Assembly (NCBI GenBank): GCA_040383885.1
Contig: JBEICQ010000003.1
Location: 1 to 48,879, forward strand
Reading direction: 5' to 3'
Origin: Flavobacteriales bacterium
Lineage (GTDB): Bacteria > Bacteroidota > Bacteroidia > UBA4408
DNA: 48,879 bases
Below the pieces are notes generated by a model that saw nothing but the letters and a program-made list of their open reading frames with translations, searched no databases and had not been told where the DNA came from. The position numbers were made by a program, and so were the translations under genes. Numbering within the stretch: position 1 is the first letter of the stretch; each line of letters opens with the position of its first letter. Of the stretch, positions 1 through 9,532 are shown one piece after another.

Positions 1-2010
1 GATAAGCAGGATGAGCGGAAAAGAAACCAGGTCGCGCAATTCTTTTTTGTAAAAACTTTTGGGTTTTAATTCACTTCTTTCACGAATCAGTTTAATAAGT
101 TCTTCTTCCTGTCCCGGATAGAAAAGCTTCCCACCTGACTGCTTGCTGATTTGTTCAAGAAGAGAATGGTTGGCAAGCAAATCACTCAGTTCTGCAAATA
201 CGGGCTCCACAAGCAGGGTTCCTTTTTTCTCAAGCAGTCTTTCTCCAAGTTTGGTGCTTGCCGTAAATGCATAGCTGCCCGGCGGAAGCATGCCAGCATC
301 CAGATGATAAGTCTTGCCTGACCTGGAAAAGGTAAAATCATAATTCTTGTTGTTGCCTGTGAATTTGATGTTGAGCTCAGGTTCATTTACCGGTTCTTTT
401 GATTCGTTCAACAACCTTGCATCCATGAGAATGCTTTCATTTTCACTCACACGCGATTCAAACAACAATTCGAGAGGTTCTGCTGATCCGGTGGTTTGCA
501 GGTATTGCAATGATTTCTGAATCATTCCTTCTACCACCAGGTGTGAGCCGGTGTTTCTGAATTCGTGCATGCTCCATTTCCAGAGACCCTCTCCGCAGAT
601 GTAGGCCAATTTTTGTTCACCTGCATCCCGAAAAAAAATCATTGGCATGCGGGTTTCGAGCGCACCCTGTTTTTGATAGAGCAGCACCCTGGAAGAGGGA
701 ATTTCCATCTCGCGGTTGTACAAGCTCTGCAGGGGAGGAAGCTGGGCCATGATTTCGGAAAAATCATTTTCAAGGGTAAACAAACCAAAGGCTTCGTTAG
801 CAGACGGGAGCGATTCCAGCCAGCTTCCCTGAGGAAATCCTTTGCCTGCCGTGAACCTGGAAAAAACCTGCATCTGTGTTCGGATACCGGTAATAAAAAG
901 TACCGGAATTTTAATTTGTTCTATTTTTTGCAACCAGGATGTATGAGCAGCCGAGGAAGGAATATTGTGCAAAACCAAGGCACGGTATTTTGAAAAATCA
1001 CCATTGAAAGTAGCTGCAAGCTGCACATCCAGTGTAATGGATTCACCCGAGCCAAGCGCTCTTTTTATTACCTGTATGTCGGGATGAGGGGCATCGGCAA
1101 GAAGCAGAATGGGCTGCTTTTCCTCAATCACTTCTATGAAAAATTTTCGGGAATTATTAACCGTATTTTTTTCTCCACTGAGTAAACTTACTCTTGCTTC
1201 ATATGCATACATACCTTTTCCCGGAGGGGTAAAAGTAAACCCTGTCTGCACAGATTGTTCCTGAGAACCAAAAGTAATCCTTCGACTATCAATGAGCTTT
1301 TCATTGCACAGCAATTCGAGATTTACTGTTTCGCCTTTGCAAGCCCTTGCAAACACCTGTAATTGCACTCCGCTTGAATTCCCCTTAAACACTTTTGGAT
1401 TATGTCTTACATCGGCAATCATCACATCTCGGTGCAGGGTTGTATCGCCCAGGGCAATGGTAAATACCGGATGCGCAGAAGTGGCAGGAACAAACAAAGG
1501 ATTTTGTCCGGTATTGTATAAGCCATCACTGATGAGGATGCCGGCACTCAGGTTTTGTCCCTCAAATGCATTGTCGATGTAATCAAAGAGTGCAGACATG
1601 TTGGTGGCCTTGTCTTTTCCGTCGACAGGAGCATTCTCAACAACTTTATTACCAAAGGAAACCACCTTCACATTGGCGATGGAGGAGAGTTGTTCTTTCA
1701 GGTATGCGGCCTTTGCATTGAGGTCATCGGGCGAGCTTGGTTTTGAAGAGGAAGCGATGGAAGCGCTGTTATCCAGGGCAATGGCAAGCAAGGGTTTTTC
1801 CAGGATACGAGTGGAAAACCTGATATAAGGTGAAAGCAAAAGTGCAAGCAGCAATGCCACCGACAATCCTCTGAGGGAGGCGAGGACAGCGCGTTGCGAG
1901 GCACTAAAATCATTTTTCCGATAGAAGTAAAACCACCATGAGAGCACTGCCGGAATGAGGATACACAGCAAGAGCAAGAAGGGGGATTCACGAAAGGAAA
2001 TATCTGTCAT
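1..2010 (-). CDS. VWA-domain membrane protein (conserved Bacteroidota hypothetical), 3' end runs off the window
   Basis: Absent from the ORF track, consistent with no stop inside the window. Spot-translated by hand from ATG 2010: MTDISFRESPFLLLLCILIPAVLSWWFYFY (TM), MIDAS-like LDNSAS and ILISDG. The same frame reads a hydrophobic LVSFPLILLI segment at the window edge. Confidence 0.75.
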   Translation of the reverse strand, partial: MTDISFRESPFLLLLCILIPAVLSWWFYFYRKNDFSASQRAVLASLRGLSVALLLALLLSPYIRFSTRILEKPLLAIALDNSASIASSSKPSSPDDLNAKAAYLKEQLSSIANVKVVSFGNKVVENAPVDGKDKATNMSALFDYIDNAFEGQNLSAGILISDGLYNTGQNPLFVPATSAHPVFTIALGDTTLHRDVMIADVRHNPKVFKGNSSGVQLQVFARACKGETVNLELLCNEKLIDSRRITFGSQEQSVQTGFTFTPPGKGMYAYEARVSLLSGEKNTVNNSRKFFIEVIEEKQPILLLADAPHPDIQVIKRALGSGESITLDVQLAATFNGDFSKYRALVLHNIPSSAAHTSWLQKIEQIKIPVLFITGIRTQMQVFSRFTAGKGFPQGSWLESLPSANEAFGLFTLENDFSEIMAQLPPLQSLYNREMEIPSSRVLLYQKQGALETRMPMIFFRDAGEQKLAYICGEGLWKWSMHEFRNTGSHLVVEGMIQKSLQYLQTTGSAEPLELLFESRVSENESILMDARLLNESKEPVNEPELNIKFTGNNKNYDFTFSRSGKTYHLDAGMLPPGSYAFTASTKLGERLLEKKGTLLVEPVFAELSDLLANHSLLEQISKQSGGKLFYPGQEEELIKLIRERSELKPKSFYKKELRDLVSFPLILLI

Positions 2011-2019
2011 GCAGATGGA

Positions 2020-2766
2020 TCAGGTTAACATGCCACCACACACATGAATGGTCTGACCGGTGATATAGGCACTTAAATCGGATGCCAGAAAGAGTGCGAG
2101 GTTTGCCACATCCTCGGGAGTTCCCCCGCGTTTCAGAGGGATACTGTCGCGCCAGGATTGCACTGTTTTTTCATCCAATGCACCGGTCATTTCTGTTTCG
2201 ATAAAACCGGGAGCAATCGCGTTGCAGCGGATATTTCGCGAGCCGAGTTCGAGGGCTACTGACTTGGTAAAGCCGATGATGCCTGCTTTGGAGGCAGCGT
2301 AGTTGGATTGTCCTGCATTGCCTTTTACGCCAACCACCGAACTCAGGTTGATGATGCTTCCTTTGCGGGCCTTGAGCATGGGACGCTGAAGGGCTTTTGT
2401 GATATTGAAAACGGATTTGAGATTGGTTCGGATTACCTCGTCAAACTGTTCCTCGGTCATACGCATGAGCAAACCATCGCGGGTGATTCCGGCATTGTTT
2501 ACTGCCACATCTATTGTGCCAAAATCAGCAACTACTTTGTTGATGAGGTCCTCTGAAGAAGCAAAGTCGGCGGCATCACTTTGGTATCCCCTGGCTTTGA
2601 TGCCAAACCGGGAGAGTTCATTTTCCAGTTCCCTGGCCTTCTCAACACTTGAGTGAAAAGTAAATGCGATGTTTGAACCATGCTCGGCGAACTTCAGCAC
2701 GATGCCTTTGCCAATCCCTCTGGAGGCTCCGGTGATGAGTGATACTTTATTATCCAGTAGTTTCAT
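2020..2766 (-). CDS. fabG: 3-oxoacyl-ACP reductase FabG
   Basis: SDR motifs TGASRGIG, NNAGITRD, YAASKAG and PGFIET. Start chosen at ATG 2766 (MKLLDNK), 15 nt after TACATTTG. Confidence 0.93.
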   Translation of the reverse strand: MKLLDNKVSLITGASRGIGKGIVLKFAEHGSNIAFTFHSSVEKARELENELSRFGIKARGYQSDAADFASSEDLINKVVADFGTIDVAVNNAGITRDGLLMRMTEEQFDEVIRTNLKSVFNITKALQRPMLKARKGSIINLSSVVGVKGNAGQSNYAASKAGIIGFTKSVALELGSRNIRCNAIAPGFIETEMTGALDEKTVQSWRDSIPLKRGGTPEDVANLALFLASDLSAYITGQTIHVCGGMLT

Positions 2767-2906
2767 CTTGTTGTTTTGCCCCAAATGTAGCAAATCGATG
2801 ATTGACCAACAGAGGGGGGCATTCTTTGTGGCTTTTTAAAAATTGATAAAAGACCTTCGTTTGCCCAAATATCGCAGAGAAGCAGGTCATGTAAAGGCGG
2901 TTTTTA

Positions 2907-2914
2907 TATTTTTG
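2907..2914 (+). promoter_or_regulatory. Bacteroidota -7 promoter element for uppS-bamA
   Basis: TATTTTTG matches TAnnTTTG, 6 nt before ATG 2921. Confidence 0.55.
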
Positions 2915-2920
2915 CAGCTT

Positions 2921-3664
2921 ATGTCAATTGATCCGCGCATCATCCCTGATAAACTACCCCGCCATGTGGCCATCATCATGGACGGAAACGGGCGATGGGC
3001 AAAAAAACAGGGAGAGGAAAGGGTTTTCGGACACCAGCATGGGGTAAAATCAGTGCGGGACTGTACGGAAGCAGCCGCCGAACTGGGCATAGAATTCCTC
3101 ACGCTTTATGCATTTTCAACCGAAAACTGGAACCGCCCCAAAGAAGAGATTGATGCGCTGATGACCCTGCTGGTAAAAACCTTGCATGCCGAATTGCCCA
3201 CACTCAACAAAAACAGCATTCGCTTGCATGCCATCGGTCGTCTGCACCTGTTGCCTGAAGAATGCCAGCGCGAATTGGCCCAAACCATCAGTCAAACGGC
3301 AGGCAACAAGCGGCTCAACCTGGTGCTGGCTCTCAGCTATAGCTCCAAGGCTGAAATTGCAGATGCAATGAAAAAAATTGGTGACATGGTTTCTTCAGGA
3401 CAATGCAATCCTGAAGACATTTCGGAAGAGATGATTCAGGAACACCTTTACACGCGGGAGATTCCCGATCCGGAATTGATGATTCGTACAAGCGGTGAGC
3501 ACCGCATCAGTAACTTCCTGCTCTGGCAACTGGCCTATGCAGAACTTTACTTTACCGATAAGTTGTGGCCGGAGTTCCATCGCCAGGACTTTTTTGATGC
3601 CATAGTTGATTACCAAGGCAGAGAGCGTAGATTTGGAATGACCACTGAGCAACTGAAATACTGA
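2921..3664 (+). CDS. uppS: Undecaprenyl diphosphate synthase (isoprenyl transferase)
   Basis: HVAIIMDGNGRWA, YAFSTENWNRP and IRTSGEHRISNFLLWQ motifs. Confidence 0.95.
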   Translation: MSIDPRIIPDKLPRHVAIIMDGNGRWAKKQGEERVFGHQHGVKSVRDCTEAAAELGIEFLTLYAFSTENWNRPKEEIDALMTLLVKTLHAELPTLNKNSIRLHAIGRLHLLPEECQRELAQTISQTAGNKRLNLVLALSYSSKAEIADAMKKIGDMVSSGQCNPEDISEEMIQEHLYTREIPDPELMIRTSGEHRISNFLLWQLAYAELYFTDKLWPEFHRQDFFDAIVDYQGRERRFGMTTEQLKY

Positions 3665-3666
3665 AG

Positions 3667-6222
3667 ATGCGTAGCAAACTGTTCTTCCTTTTCCTGCTGT
3701 CCATCGTGTTGTCGTCAGGTTTTGTATGTGCGCAAAACATCATCAACACCGAAGGCATTTCCCTGGATTACAACAATCCCGCGGAATACGAGATTGGAGG
3801 AATCGTTGTTGAAGGCACTGATTTTCTTGACAAATCAGTATTGATCTCAACCTCCGACCTGGTGGTTGGCCAGGTGATTGATATTCCCGGAGATGCCATC
3901 AACCAGGCGATAGAAAATCTATGGGACCTCAATCTTTTTTCAGATGTGGCTATTGTGGCAACAGAAAAAAAAGGGAATACCATCTTCCTTAAAATTCTGG
4001 TGGAAGAAAGACCGAGGCTTTCAAAATTTCGGATCAGCGGTGTAAAAAAAGGCATGGCAGACGATATCCGTGAGAAAATTAAACTGATGAAAGGCAAGAT
4101 TGTTACAGACAATCTTATTGTAAGTACCCGTAATAAAATCACCGATTTTTTTGTAGACAAAGGATATCTCGATGCAGAAGTGGATATCAAGGAAGTAAAA
4201 GATACCACGGCACTCAACGATGTGATTCTTTACATCAATATCCGGAAAAACAAAAAAGTGCGCATACGCAAAATCAATTTCTCCGGAAACTCAAATATCA
4301 ACAAAGCGCGTTTGCGCAGGTATATGAAAGATACCAAGGAATATCGCTGGTGGAACATCTTTAAACAATCCAAGTACATTGAAGAAAACCTTGAAAAAGA
4401 CAAACAAAAAATCATTGAAAAATACAATGCAAGAGGATATCGCGATGCGGCTATCGTGAAAGACACGGTTTACAAAGCCGGAAAAGGATATGTAGACCTG
4501 GATATACAGATTAACGAAGGAAACAAATATTACTTCCGCAACCTCACCTGGATAGGCAATGCAAAATATACTTCACCCGAGTTGTCATCCATATTAGGAA
4601 TTAAAAAGGGGGATATCTTTAATCAATCATTGCTCGACCAGCGGCTATCGGGAAGTCAGGATGGACGCGATATTTCCAGTTTGTATATGGATGATGGTTA
4701 TCTTTTCTTCCAGGTAGTGCCTACCGAGGTGCTTGTGGAGAATGATTCCATAGACATTGAGTTGCATGTATATGAAGGCAAACAAGCCCGCATCAACAAG
4801 GTTACGGTGAGCGGCAATACCAAAACAAACGACCGGGTAATCATGCGTGAAATTCGTACCCGCCCGGGTCAGCTTTTTAACCGAAGCGACATCATGCGTA
4901 CCCAGCGTGAGCTGGCGCAGTTAAGGTATTTTGACGAACAAAAACTCGGGGTAAATCCAAAGCCTAATCCCGCAGACGGCACTGTTGATATCGAATATGT
5001 GGTAGAAGAAAAACCCAGCGACCAGGTAGAACTTTCTGCAGGTTGGGGACAAAGGGCGCTTATCGGAACCCTGGGCTTATCATTCAATAATTTCTCAGCC
5101 CGAAACCTGTTCAAGCGGGATTCGTGGAAACCTCTGCCGGCAGGCGATGGACAGAGTCTGACGCTAAGGGCGCAATCCACCGGAAGGGCCTTCCAGAATT
5201 ACACAGCCTCATTTATCGAGCCCTGGCTGGGCGGAAAAAAACCCAATTCCTTCAGTTTTTCTATCTACCATACACGCCAAAATCCGCTTGGGTTGGGACT
5301 TTCAGACCCCAGCCTTCAACTGCTTACTGTAACGGGTGTGAGCACAGGATTAGGAAGGAGATTACAAGTGCCTGATGATTACTTTCAACTCTACCAGGAA
5401 GTGGCTTTTCAGCGCTATTACCTCAAAAATTTTAATACCGGAATTAACTTTCCGGTAAGCAATGGGGTGTTTTTGAACTTCACTTACAAAATCAATCTGT
5501 CCCGCTCATCTGTGGATGCCCCGATCTTTCCGCGATCAGGGTCATCCGTTTCCACCACCCTGCAAATTACGCCACCTTACTCCTACTTCCGAAAAGACGA
5601 AGAGAACGGATCATCCGCTTCCTACTATAACTCCGAGAGCATCACTCCCAAGTTTGTAGAATACTACAAATGGAAAGTCTCCACTTCCTTTTTTACTGAG
5701 CTTGCCGACAAGCTGGTTCTCAACTTCAGGGCGGGATTGGGTATCCTGGGGTCTTACAATACCAAGTTGGGAAGCGTGCCTTTTGAACGATTCTGGCTGG
5801 GAGGCAGCGGCCTGGTGGGGTTTGCCCTGGATGGGCGTGAAATCATTGCCCTGAGAGGCTTTCAGAATGCAGGCGAAGCTACCGAACCAGACAATACAAA
5901 AAATCCACCCAGGGTAATTGGGGGTGCCTCGATCGTAAAATATGTGATGGAACTGAGGTACCCTATATCACTGAATCCCTCAGCAACCATTTTTGCGCTT
6001 GCCTTTGCAGAAGCCGGTAATTCGTGGATGAAGGTTGGCAAATTAAATCCCTTTCAGGTGGCCAGATGTGCGGGGGTCGGACTCAGGGTATTTCTGCCCA
6101 TGTTTGGTCTGCTTGGCCTGGATTATGGATGGGGTTTCGACAATCCCTGGGGAACTCCCAACAATGGGAATGGCAAAGGACACTTTCAGTTTACCATTGG
6201 TGCCAATGTGGGGGACTTGTAA
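3667..6222 (+). CDS. bamA: Outer membrane protein assembly factor BamA
   Basis: Signal peptide, POTRA-like repeats (GNTKTNDRVIMRE), loop-6 LRGF motif, and uppS-bamA-skp context. Confidence 0.93.
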   Translation: MRSKLFFLFLLSIVLSSGFVCAQNIINTEGISLDYNNPAEYEIGGIVVEGTDFLDKSVLISTSDLVVGQVIDIPGDAINQAIENLWDLNLFSDVAIVATEKKGNTIFLKILVEERPRLSKFRISGVKKGMADDIREKIKLMKGKIVTDNLIVSTRNKITDFFVDKGYLDAEVDIKEVKDTTALNDVILYINIRKNKKVRIRKINFSGNSNINKARLRRYMKDTKEYRWWNIFKQSKYIEENLEKDKQKIIEKYNARGYRDAAIVKDTVYKAGKGYVDLDIQINEGNKYYFRNLTWIGNAKYTSPELSSILGIKKGDIFNQSLLDQRLSGSQDGRDISSLYMDDGYLFFQVVPTEVLVENDSIDIELHVYEGKQARINKVTVSGNTKTNDRVIMREIRTRPGQLFNRSDIMRTQRELAQLRYFDEQKLGVNPKPNPADGTVDIEYVVEEKPSDQVELSAGWGQRALIGTLGLSFNNFSARNLFKRDSWKPLPAGDGQSLTLRAQSTGRAFQNYTASFIEPWLGGKKPNSFSFSIYHTRQNPLGLGLSDPSLQLLTVTGVSTGLGRRLQVPDDYFQLYQEVAFQRYYLKNFNTGINFPVSNGVFLNFTYKINLSRSSVDAPIFPRSGSSVSTTLQITPPYSYFRKDEENGSSASYYNSESITPKFVEYYKWKVSTSFFTELADKLVLNFRAGLGILGSYNTKLGSVPFERFWLGGSGLVGFALDGREIIALRGFQNAGEATEPDNTKNPPRVIGGASIVKYVMELRYPISLNPSATIFALAFAEAGNSWMKVGKLNPFQVARCAGVGLRVFLPMFGLLGLDYGWGFDNPWGTPNNGNGKGHFQFTIGANVGDL

Positions 6223-6268
6223 CTTTGGCACAATTTTTAGGTAACTTCATCGCTTCAATACACATGGT

Positions 6269-6874
6269 ATGAAAAAGCTCATCAGCATAGCAGCAACAGT
6301 TTTTCTGTTTACCCTTAGTGCATCTGCTCAAAAATATGCATATGTAGAAACTGAGTACATTCTGAGCAATGTGCCTGAATATAAATCAGCCCAGTCGCAG
6401 ATTGACAACATGTCGGTGCAGTGGCAAAAAGAAATCGAAGCCCGTTACTCAGAAATTGATAAGATGTACAGGGCCTTTCAGGCGGAATCGATCTTGCTCA
6501 CAGATGAGATGAAGAAAAAGCGTGAAAACGAAATTATTGCCAAGGAAAAAGAAGCCAAAGACCTCCAAAAGCAACGCTTTGGGGTGGATGGGGATCTTTT
6601 TAAAAAGCGCCAGGAATTGGTAAAACCCATTCAGGACAAAATTTACAATGCCATCAAAGCCCTTGCAGAAAAGGGAAATTATGCTGTGATATTCGATAAA
6701 TCAAGCGATTTAAGCATGCTTTATGCCAATCCCAAATACGACAAAAGCGACGATATTCTGGTAGGCATGGGTTACAAAAAAGGGAATCGCTCGGGAGCTG
6801 CAGGAGCCAAAGGCGGTTCAACCGAGGGTGGAAAACCTGCCGGTGCAGGAACATCAGCTCCGGAGAAAAAATAA
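6269..6874 (+). CDS. skp: OmpH/Skp periplasmic chaperone
   Basis: Signal peptide, QKYAYVETEYIL, coiled coil, LVKPIQDKIY and IFDKS; follows bamA. Confidence 0.9.
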   Translation: MKKLISIAATVFLFTLSASAQKYAYVETEYILSNVPEYKSAQSQIDNMSVQWQKEIEARYSEIDKMYRAFQAESILLTDEMKKKRENEIIAKEKEAKDLQKQRFGVDGDLFKKRQELVKPIQDKIYNAIKALAEKGNYAVIFDKSSDLSMLYANPKYDKSDDILVGMGYKKGNRSGAAGAKGGSTEGGKPAGAGTSAPEKK

Positions 6875-6925
6875 CAGGATAATGTCCTGCTGCTTATATT
6901 CGCACCTTCAAAATAACCATTCACA

Positions 6926-7480
6926 ATGATGAAAAAGATTTTTGCATCTGCCTTGTTGCTCTCAGGCATGCTTTTTAGTACGCCCATGATGGCGCAAAAA
7001 ACGGGGTATGTTAACCTGAATGACCTGCTCTTGCTGATGCCCGAAAGAAAAAAAGCAGAAACGGATATTCAGGACTATGCCAAGCAACTGGATGGCCAGA
7101 TGAAAACCATGTCGTCTGAATATGAAAACAAGGTTTCTGATTACCAATCGAAAGAGGCCCTGATGACAGAGCCGGTTAAATTGGATAAGCAAAAAGAACT
7201 GGCTGATCTGGAAGAACGCATCAAGAATTTTCAGCAAACCGCTCAGGAATCTCTTCAGAAAAAACAAAATGAACTGCTCGAGCCAATGATCAAAAAAGCG
7301 AAAAAATCCATCGAGGATGTGGCGAAAGAAAATGGATACAAGCAAGTGCTGGATACCAGTTCAGGTTATGTTCTTTACAACGACCCTGCAGACGACATCC
7401 TTCCATTGGTAAAGAAAAAGCTAGGCTTGTCAGCAGAAGCCTCACCGGCAAAAGAATCAGTTCCTGCTCCCAAGAAATAA
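6926..7480 (+). CDS. skp: OmpH/Skp periplasmic chaperone (second paralog)
   Basis: Signal peptide, QKTGYVN, coiled coil and VAKENGY..VLD. Confidence 0.9.
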   Translation: MMKKIFASALLLSGMLFSTPMMAQKTGYVNLNDLLLLMPERKKAETDIQDYAKQLDGQMKTMSSEYENKVSDYQSKEALMTEPVKLDKQKELADLEERIKNFQQTAQESLQKKQNELLEPMIKKAKKSIEDVAKENGYKQVLDTSSGYVLYNDPADDILPLVKKKLGLSAEASPAKESVPAPKK

Positions 7481-7549
7481 TCTCCACCTGCTCTGCTCCA
7501 CAAGTAAGTAAAAGCTTTTGTGAGAGGCAGGCAACACACTGTGAGATTC

Positions 7550-9313
7550 CTATTTTTCTGCGGCTTCAATAAGAAACTTTTCCTGCCTACACCTGCGCTC
7601 TCCGGAGGCACGCAAATATGCAGTGGGTTCATCGTCTGTATGCACAAACTTCCCTTGGTGTGATTCAAAAGCAATTGTATCCCCGCTAAAACTGTGTAGG
7701 GTAAATATTTCCCATGTACCAATCTTGTTTCGATTGGCAACAATTGTGTCTTTTCTATCCCCGTCTGCACTCAGGAATTTTCCGCGGGCATTTTTTACGA
7801 GCACGCGTCCATCATGATCTATCCTGATGATGCTAAAAATTTCTGCCTTTTCATAGGATACTTCTCCGGCCACAAGCGCATCGTTCCTCTTAGGATCTGT
7901 TTTCAGATAGCCACCCCGCAGACATTTAATCCTTACATTTTCATGTTCCATCAGGTCGATCATCAGATTGTTGCCAAAACATGTTTTCATGATTTTGCCT
8001 TCTCCAACATTTTTTTTGAACTCAAACCAATCCCAGTAAGGTCGTCCGTTAAAGCAATACTCAAAGGCAGAAAGGGTGTTTAGATTGATAAGCAGAAGAA
8101 GAGAGAGAATAGCGTAAACTGTTATTTTTTTTCCTGTGCCCGAAACCCCTGCTAAAAACGCAAAAAAAGGCAGACTTATCAGTGGAAGAATATCCACCAG
8201 GGCGCGGCATCCGTAGGCGCAACCCAAAAACCAGGAATACCAGGAAGCATAGAGGTAGCTGAACAGGAGAAAGCAAACCAGGATAAAAAATGCAGCGTAT
8301 TTTTGATGAAAAATTTGATGGAAAGAGGAAGCCACAACAACAAGCAGCAAGGGTGAGTAAAGAAACATTCCATTGAGTGGAGAGAACCACAATTCAGCCA
8401 GTTTGGGGGAATCCAGGTATTGAAAAGACTCCTTTGCATAGGTGTTCACAAAAAAGTTACCATACGCAAATTGGTTATATGCCAGTTGAGGCAAAACAAA
8501 GAGGATAAAAACAAATGCGAATAAGCCCGGACGACTGCTTTGAAAAATAGCAGACATCCTGAGGCGCTCCCCTGCTATTGGAAAAAGACAAACTGCAAAT
8601 ACAAAAGGTACAAAAAGGATATTGAGGTGTCTTACAACGAAAATGAGAGAAACAAGCACCGGAATCCCGATATAGAGAACAGGACGATTGCGTGATGCAG
8701 GATGATGCAGACAGGTATGAAGCAGAAAAAGCAGCAAGGAGAAAAGAAAAAAACTATAGATGTGTGACATCCCGGGTGCGTAAATGGCGTAATAAAAAAG
8801 ATTGGTGCCAAAAAGCAGAAAAAGGAGTCCAATTACAACTACCCTGACTGAGAAAAAAAACCTGAGGTACCGATAAAGAAAAAACAGTCCGGCGTAGAGG
8901 TAAAGCATCCCTGAGATAGCAATGGCTTGTTGGTACTTCTCTGAGAAACCATTGGCATCATCCCGTAAAATCAAGGCAAGGGTATGTGCAGTTAAAAATG
9001 CCGGGGCATTCAGCAAGGCCACGCCGTAAGGATATTTGGTTGTGACTTTCCCCTCCTTTACAACAAATCCATTGCCCAGAAACGGCAATACATGTTGCGG
9101 CATATTGTCATTTCCGAATCCGTAGATAAAGGTGCATGGAAGATAGACATAGTAACCGGCTGCATCAGCATAAATGGGTTTTTTAAAGTTTTCGAATACG
9201 GCAGCATGATAATTCCATGCACGGATAAGAAAAAACAAGCCCAAGGCAAGGAACAAAAGCCATTTGCCTTGTTGCCGGAGTATTTGTAGCATGCTCATCG
9301 GCTGGTTTTTCAT
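7550..9313 (-). CDS. Multi-pass GT-C-like glycosyltransferase fused to a C-terminal fascin-like beta-trefoil domain
   Basis: About 11-12 TM segments, ADAAGYYVYLP after TM1, KYPYG and WFLGCAYGCR. The C-terminal ~130 aa has three repeats including ANRNKIGTWEIF. Confidence 0.6.
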   Translation of the reverse strand: MKNQPMSMLQILRQQGKWLLFLALGLFFLIRAWNYHAAVFENFKKPIYADAAGYYVYLPCTFIYGFGNDNMPQHVLPFLGNGFVVKEGKVTTKYPYGVALLNAPAFLTAHTLALILRDDANGFSEKYQQAIAISGMLYLYAGLFFLYRYLRFFFSVRVVVIGLLFLLFGTNLFYYAIYAPGMSHIYSFFLFSLLLFLLHTCLHHPASRNRPVLYIGIPVLVSLIFVVRHLNILFVPFVFAVCLFPIAGERLRMSAIFQSSRPGLFAFVFILFVLPQLAYNQFAYGNFFVNTYAKESFQYLDSPKLAELWFSPLNGMFLYSPLLLVVVASSFHQIFHQKYAAFFILVCFLLFSYLYASWYSWFLGCAYGCRALVDILPLISLPFFAFLAGVSGTGKKITVYAILSLLLLINLNTLSAFEYCFNGRPYWDWFEFKKNVGEGKIMKTCFGNNLMIDLMEHENVRIKCLRGGYLKTDPKRNDALVAGEVSYEKAEIFSIIRIDHDGRVLVKNARGKFLSADGDRKDTIVANRNKIGTWEIFTLHSFSGDTIAFESHQGKFVHTDDEPTAYLRASGERRCRQEKFLIEAAEK

Positions 9314-9470
9314 GCATCAAAGCAAAACAATTTTTGCAAATTTCGGGCAGTGGAAACATCCTGAACAAAGTATTCGTGATCATCCGGACAAGCGAATCAG
9401 TTTTAACCTGCGGTAGGATGCATGCAGCATTTCATCCAAAGGCATCAGACACATTGGGTTTGAAGGGTGG

Positions 9471-9506
9471 AAAACAAAATCGCCCACCCTTGAGGGCAGG
9501 CGATTT
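9471..9506 (-). terminator. Probable intrinsic terminator of nrdA
   Basis: Inverted repeat AAATCGCC (9477-9484) / GGCGATTT (9499-9506) with inner CCCT/AGGG; T-rich tail on the minus strand just past the nrdA stop. Confidence 0.6.
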
Positions 9507-9532
9507 GCAACAATCAATTAAAAGAACCCGGT

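Noticed and set aside
186-1991. Several short ORFs suggesting a pseudogene or non-coding stretch
   Set aside because: Explained by one long minus-strand VWA gene (ATG 2010) running off the window edge.
6780-6874. Gly/Ala-rich tail of the first Skp
   Set aside because: Probably an ordinary disordered extension with no repeat structure at the DNA level.
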